A DNA stretch of 64,000 bases from NCBI GenBank assembly GCA_019312665.1, contig JAFDCZ010000001.1:40098-104097 (forward strand), given 5' to 3'. A model generated the notes under the pieces. That model saw nothing but the letters and a program-made list of their open reading frames with translations. It was not told where the DNA came from and made no database searches. Below are positions 60,843 to 64,000 of the stretch, piece after piece. A program made the position numbers and the translations under genes. The stretch is from Deltaproteobacteria bacterium (GTDB lineage Bacteria; Myxococcota_A; UBA9160; UBA6930). The stretch's first letter is position 1. Each line of letters starts with the position of its first letter.

Positions 60843-62387
60843 ATGATTCGAACGGACACCCTGTGGGAACTCGTTGAAGCTCGGGCAGAGGCGACCCCCG
60901 AAGGTCTGTTTGGGATCGACGAATCCGGCCTTGAAATGACCTTCGGCGAGTACCGAAAGGCTGCGGAGCATCTTGCCGCCGCGCTCTACGAGCGGGGCGT
61001 GCGTGAGAACAGCGCGGTCAGTTGGATCCTCCCCACCTGCTTCAACGCCCTCGTGCTCCTCGCAGCGCTCTCGCGGCTCGGTGCCGTGCAGAATCCCATC
61101 ATCCCGATCTATCGCGGACGCGAAGTCTCCCACTGCCTGCGTCAGACCGGTGCGCAGCTTCTCATCGTGATCGAGCGGTTCCGTGGCTTCGAGTATGGAG
61201 AGATGGCGAACGAACTGGCCGGGAAGATTGAAGGCCTCGACGTGCTGATCACGTCCGACGAGCCCTGGGAGAGCCAGCTTCCCGATACGACGGCGATGCT
61301 TCCGCCCGCACCAAGCGCCGGCAACAAATTACGCTGGATCTTCTACACCTCGGGCACGACATCGGAGCCGAAGGGCGCCCGCCACGCCGACAAAGGCTTC
61401 TTGGCCGCCTCCTTCGGCCTGGCCGACGCGATGGGGCTCTCGCCCTCGGACCGCATCGGCCTGGTCTTCCCGGTGACGCACCTCGGTGGAGTGAACTCGC
61501 TCGTGGCAGCGCTCTCGACGGGCGCGAGTCATCTGATCGTCGAGAGTTTCGATCCTCCGACGACGATTCCTTTCCTGGGCAAGCACGGGGTGACCCATGC
61601 CGGTGCGGGAACGGCGTTCCATCGCATGTACCTCGAGGCCCAACGCAAACGGGGAGAGAAGCCGATCTTTCCGAACATTCGGGTCTTCCAGGGCGGCGGA
61701 GCCCCGAAACCGCCGCCTCTCCACTACGCGCTCAAGGACGAGTGCGGTGCAGGCATCCTCTCTGTCTACGGAATGACCGAGTGCCCGGTCCTGGCCCTCG
61801 GCCGCTTCGACGATCCAGACGAGCAACTAGCGACGACCGAGGGGCGGCTCAATCTCCCGGAGACCGAACTCAAGATCGTCATGGCCGACGGCTCTCTCGC
61901 GGCGGTCGGCGTGGAGGGCGAGCTTCGCGTTCGCGCTCCGCAGCTCTTCCTCGGCTATTTGGACGAAGCGTTGAATTCTGACGCCTTCGATGAAGAGGGC
62001 TTCTATCGCACGGGGGATCTCGGCTTCATCGATGAGAGGGATTGCATCACCGTCTCGGGCCGCCTGAAGGACGTCATCATCCGCAAGGGCGAGAACATCA
62101 GCGCGCCGGAGGTCGAAGGTCTCCTGCTCGAGCATCCGAAGCTCGCCGACGCCAGCGTGATCGGCGTTCCCGACGAGGTACGAGGTGAGATGGTGTGTGC
62201 AGTGGTGGTGCTCCGCGAGGCCACGGAGCCGCTCGCCTTCGAGGAGATGGTCGAGTATCTGCGCGGCAAGGAGCTGATGGTGCAGAAGATCCCGGAACGG
62301 ATGGAGATCGTGGAAGCACTACCGCGCAACCCGAGCGGAAAGGTCCTCAAGCGCGAGCTGCGCAAGCAGTTCGCTGGTACAGGCTGA
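60843..62387 (+). CDS. AMP-forming acyl-CoA synthetase/ligase
   Basis: Trimmed to ATG 60843 (alternative GTG 60834). WIFYTSGTTSEPKG, YRTGDLGFIDERDCITVSGRLKDVIIRKGENISAPEVE and PRNPSGKVLKRELRKQF. Confidence 0.85.
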   Translation: MIRTDTLWELVEARAEATPEGLFGIDESGLEMTFGEYRKAAEHLAAALYERGVRENSAVSWILPTCFNALVLLAALSRLGAVQNPIIPIYRGREVSHCLRQTGAQLLIVIERFRGFEYGEMANELAGKIEGLDVLITSDEPWESQLPDTTAMLPPAPSAGNKLRWIFYTSGTTSEPKGARHADKGFLAASFGLADAMGLSPSDRIGLVFPVTHLGGVNSLVAALSTGASHLIVESFDPPTTIPFLGKHGVTHAGAGTAFHRMYLEAQRKRGEKPIFPNIRVFQGGGAPKPPPLHYALKDECGAGILSVYGMTECPVLALGRFDDPDEQLATTEGRLNLPETELKIVMADGSLAAVGVEGELRVRAPQLFLGYLDEALNSDAFDEEGFYRTGDLGFIDERDCITVSGRLKDVIIRKGENISAPEVEGLLLEHPKLADASVIGVPDEVRGEMVCAVVVLREATEPLAFEEMVEYLRGKELMVQKIPERMEIVEALPRNPSGKVLKRELRKQFAGTG

Positions 62388-62439
62388 GCCGTCACGGGTC
62401 GATACTGCGAACGCCGGCACCAACCGAAGCAGCGCACGA

Positions 62440-62800
62440 TCAGATCATGGCGGGACGCATCGTCGGCCCCGGATGCACCGTGAACGCATGCCGGCGCGGT
62501 GCATCGCGCCTCACCGTGCCGGCAACGAAATCAGTGCGGCCGAAAAGCTGCGACAGCGGTTTCTGCGCGACGGAGCCGATGGCTTCCATCTCGAGCACCG
62601 AAAGGGGCGGCCGGGAAGGCCCCGGAGCTGGAGGCTGGGGTAGAGCGAAGGATCCTGGCCGAGGCTCTGGCGCAACCCGCCTGGGTCCCGCAGTACGTCT
62701 CGTCGGGCTTCTGCCCGTGGAATGCTGAGTGTGGCATGACTTCATCAAGGGCCGTTTCGTAGCACTCGATGAGACGACCGAGAACGGTGGCCTGTCATGC
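62440..62800 (-). pseudogene. Decayed fragment of an rve/integrase-core (DDE) transposase C-terminus
   Basis: One minus-strand frame reads LIECYETALDEVMPHSAFHGQKPDETYCGTQ, resembling the conserved (P)HSA(F/L)xGQTPxExY end of integrase-core transposases. Neighbouring sense continues in other frames, interrupted by stops. No intact ORF and no terminal repeats recognised. Confidence 0.35.
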
Positions 62801-62943
62801 CTCACGGAACCTACGCCAACGAGCTGGTGCTCTATGTGAAGGAACTGGGCTTCCCAGCGCTGGCTGTCGTCCGATGGGCTACGGCGGAACCGCACCGCCC
62901 TCTTCCCGGCCTCCTATCGTATACTGGGGCCCTGGAGGCCCCC

Positions 62944-64000
62944 ATGGCTGTTACCTACGAAGAGTGGATGAGCGACGGCGACGCGTTGATGTGGAACATC
63001 GAACGCGATCCGGTCTTGCGATCTACGGTGTTGAGTGTCTGGATCCTCGACCAGTCACCGGATCTGGAGCGCTTCGAGGCCACCTTCGACCGCGCGGTCG
63101 AAAAGATCCCGCGGCTTCGCCAACGGGTCGTCGCGGATGGGCTGGGCGTGGCAACACCGCGTTGGGAAGAGGACCCGCTCTTCGACCGCACCTATCATCT
63201 ACGCCGCCTGCGAGCGCCGGGCGACGGTGACCTCCGGGACCTGCTCGACCTCGCCGCCCCGATCGCTGGCCAGGCCTTCGACAAGGATCGTCCGCTCTGG
63301 GAGTTCCATCTCGTAGAAGGCCTCGAAGGCGGACGCGCCGGTGTGATCATGAAGATCCATCACGCGATCTCGGATGGTGTCGGAATGGTGCGCATGACCA
63401 ACTCCCTGATCGAGCGCTCGCGAGATCCGGAACCCGGTTGGGATCGACCGCGAACTCTGGCCGAGACCCCGGACGCCTCGCCCCGCGCCACGGAAATGGA
63501 GCATCTGGCCTCGGCGGTACAACAGCGCGTGAAGACCGCCACCCAACGCGGCAGGAAGATCGGAGAGGCCGTTGGCCGGGGGCTGTGGGAAGCCGCGAAG
63601 GATCCGGCCGGAACCGCCCGCAAGCTGGCTGAAACAGCGAGCTCCGTGGGTCGCCTGGTCAAGCCTGCCACCGAACCGCACTCTCCGCTATGGACCGAGC
63701 GCTCGTTTTCGATCCACCTCGATGCGCTCCTCGTCTCCTTCGACGCGTTGCGCGCTGCGGCCAAGGCGGTGGATGGAACCCTCAACGATGCTTTCGTGGC
63801 GTCCATCGCAGGCGGCCTGCGCCTCTACCACGAGGGCCATGGGCATCGCGTCGAAGCTTTGCGCATGAACATGCCGATCAACATCCGCTCCGGCGACGAA
63901 GGCAACAAGGCTGGAAACCAGTTCGTCCCGGCGCGCTTCGATGTGCCGGTCGGGATCGAGGACCCGAAAGAGCGCATGCGGGCCATCCGGAAGCTCGTGC
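62944..64000 (+). CDS. Wax ester synthase / acyl-CoA:diacylglycerol acyltransferase (WS/DGAT) family protein; 3' end beyond the window
   Basis: Absent from the ORF track because no stop lies in the window. Manual translation from ATG 62944: MAVTYEEWMSDGDALMWNIERDPVLRST ... PLWEFHLVEGLEGGRAGVIMKIHHAISDGVGMV (HHxxxDG acyltransferase motif) ... LNDAFVASIAGGLRLY ... NQFVPARFDVPVG. Open to position 64000. Confidence 0.85.
   Translation, partial: MAVTYEEWMSDGDALMWNIERDPVLRSTVLSVWILDQSPDLERFEATFDRAVEKIPRLRQRVVADGLGVATPRWEEDPLFDRTYHLRRLRAPGDGDLRDLLDLAAPIAGQAFDKDRPLWEFHLVEGLEGGRAGVIMKIHHAISDGVGMVRMTNSLIERSRDPEPGWDRPRTLAETPDASPRATEMEHLASAVQQRVKTATQRGRKIGEAVGRGLWEAAKDPAGTARKLAETASSVGRLVKPATEPHSPLWTERSFSIHLDALLVSFDALRAAAKAVDGTLNDAFVASIAGGLRLYHEGHGHRVEALRMNMPINIRSGDEGNKAGNQFVPARFDVPVGIEDPKERMRAIRKLV

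Noticed and set aside
62440-62895. 151-aa minus-strand ORF as a real protein-coding gene.
   Set aside because: The translation is Pro/Arg/Ser-rich and featureless. The only recognisable similarity in the region (a transposase C-terminus) lies in a different frame. It is better explained as a frame-broken IS remnant.
1-64000. CRISPR arrays, tRNA/rRNA genes, prophage or defence-system genes, and tandem repeats.
   Set aside because: Reading both strands showed no repeat-spacer periodicity, no cloverleaf-like or rRNA-like segments, no phage or defence hallmark motifs, and no long direct repeats. The window is almost entirely metabolic CDS.

Overview
GC-rich bacterial chromosomal segment (about two-thirds G+C by eye, strong G/C bias at codon position 3). 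It is almost fully coding, with about 54 supportable CDS. I saw no rRNA, tRNA or CRISPR array, and the only mobile-element trace is a decayed transposase fragment near 62.4-62.8 kb. The ORF track uses the longest possible ORFs with alternative start codons, so many starts were trimmed. Many long ORFs are antisense shadows of real genes. Two real genes run off the window edges and are missing from the track; I translated them by hand (alpha subunit 1 at 1-2113 minus, WS/DGAT at 62944-64000 plus).

Content: a dense catabolic island with no recognisable oxygenase. It holds three Tat-signal, ethylbenzene-dehydrogenase / steroid-C25-dehydrogenase-like molybdenum alpha subunits but only one beta/gamma pair. 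It also holds a xanthine-dehydrogenase-family L/S/M trimer plus CoxG, three CrtI/phytoene-desaturase-family flavoproteins (two in tandem) and two KstD/FAD_binding_2 flavoproteins. Further redox and ring enzymes are an OYE/2,4-dienoyl-CoA-reductase-type flavo-FeS enzyme, a MenB/BadI-type crotonase, an FMN NMO-type enzyme, a nitroreductase-fold protein and three F420-family-looking proteins. CoA-thioester chemistry is represented by seven family III CoA-transferase modules (a tandem pair, a fused pair, a triple), two AMP-forming ligases, three thiolase-like proteins (two with DUF35 partners), two further crotonases, an acyl-CoA dehydrogenase and an aldehyde dehydrogenase. Electron transfer and other functions are covered by EtfAB, a NarI/HdrD-like membrane FeS oxidoreductase, an amidohydrolase, an alpha/beta hydrolase, an MFS transporter and three TetR regulators.

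My best reading is an undescribed oxygen-independent degradation system for a steroid, terpenoid or other alicyclic/isoprenoid substrate. The substrate cannot be read from the sequence. All family assignments rest on motifs recognised by eye, and no database search was run.
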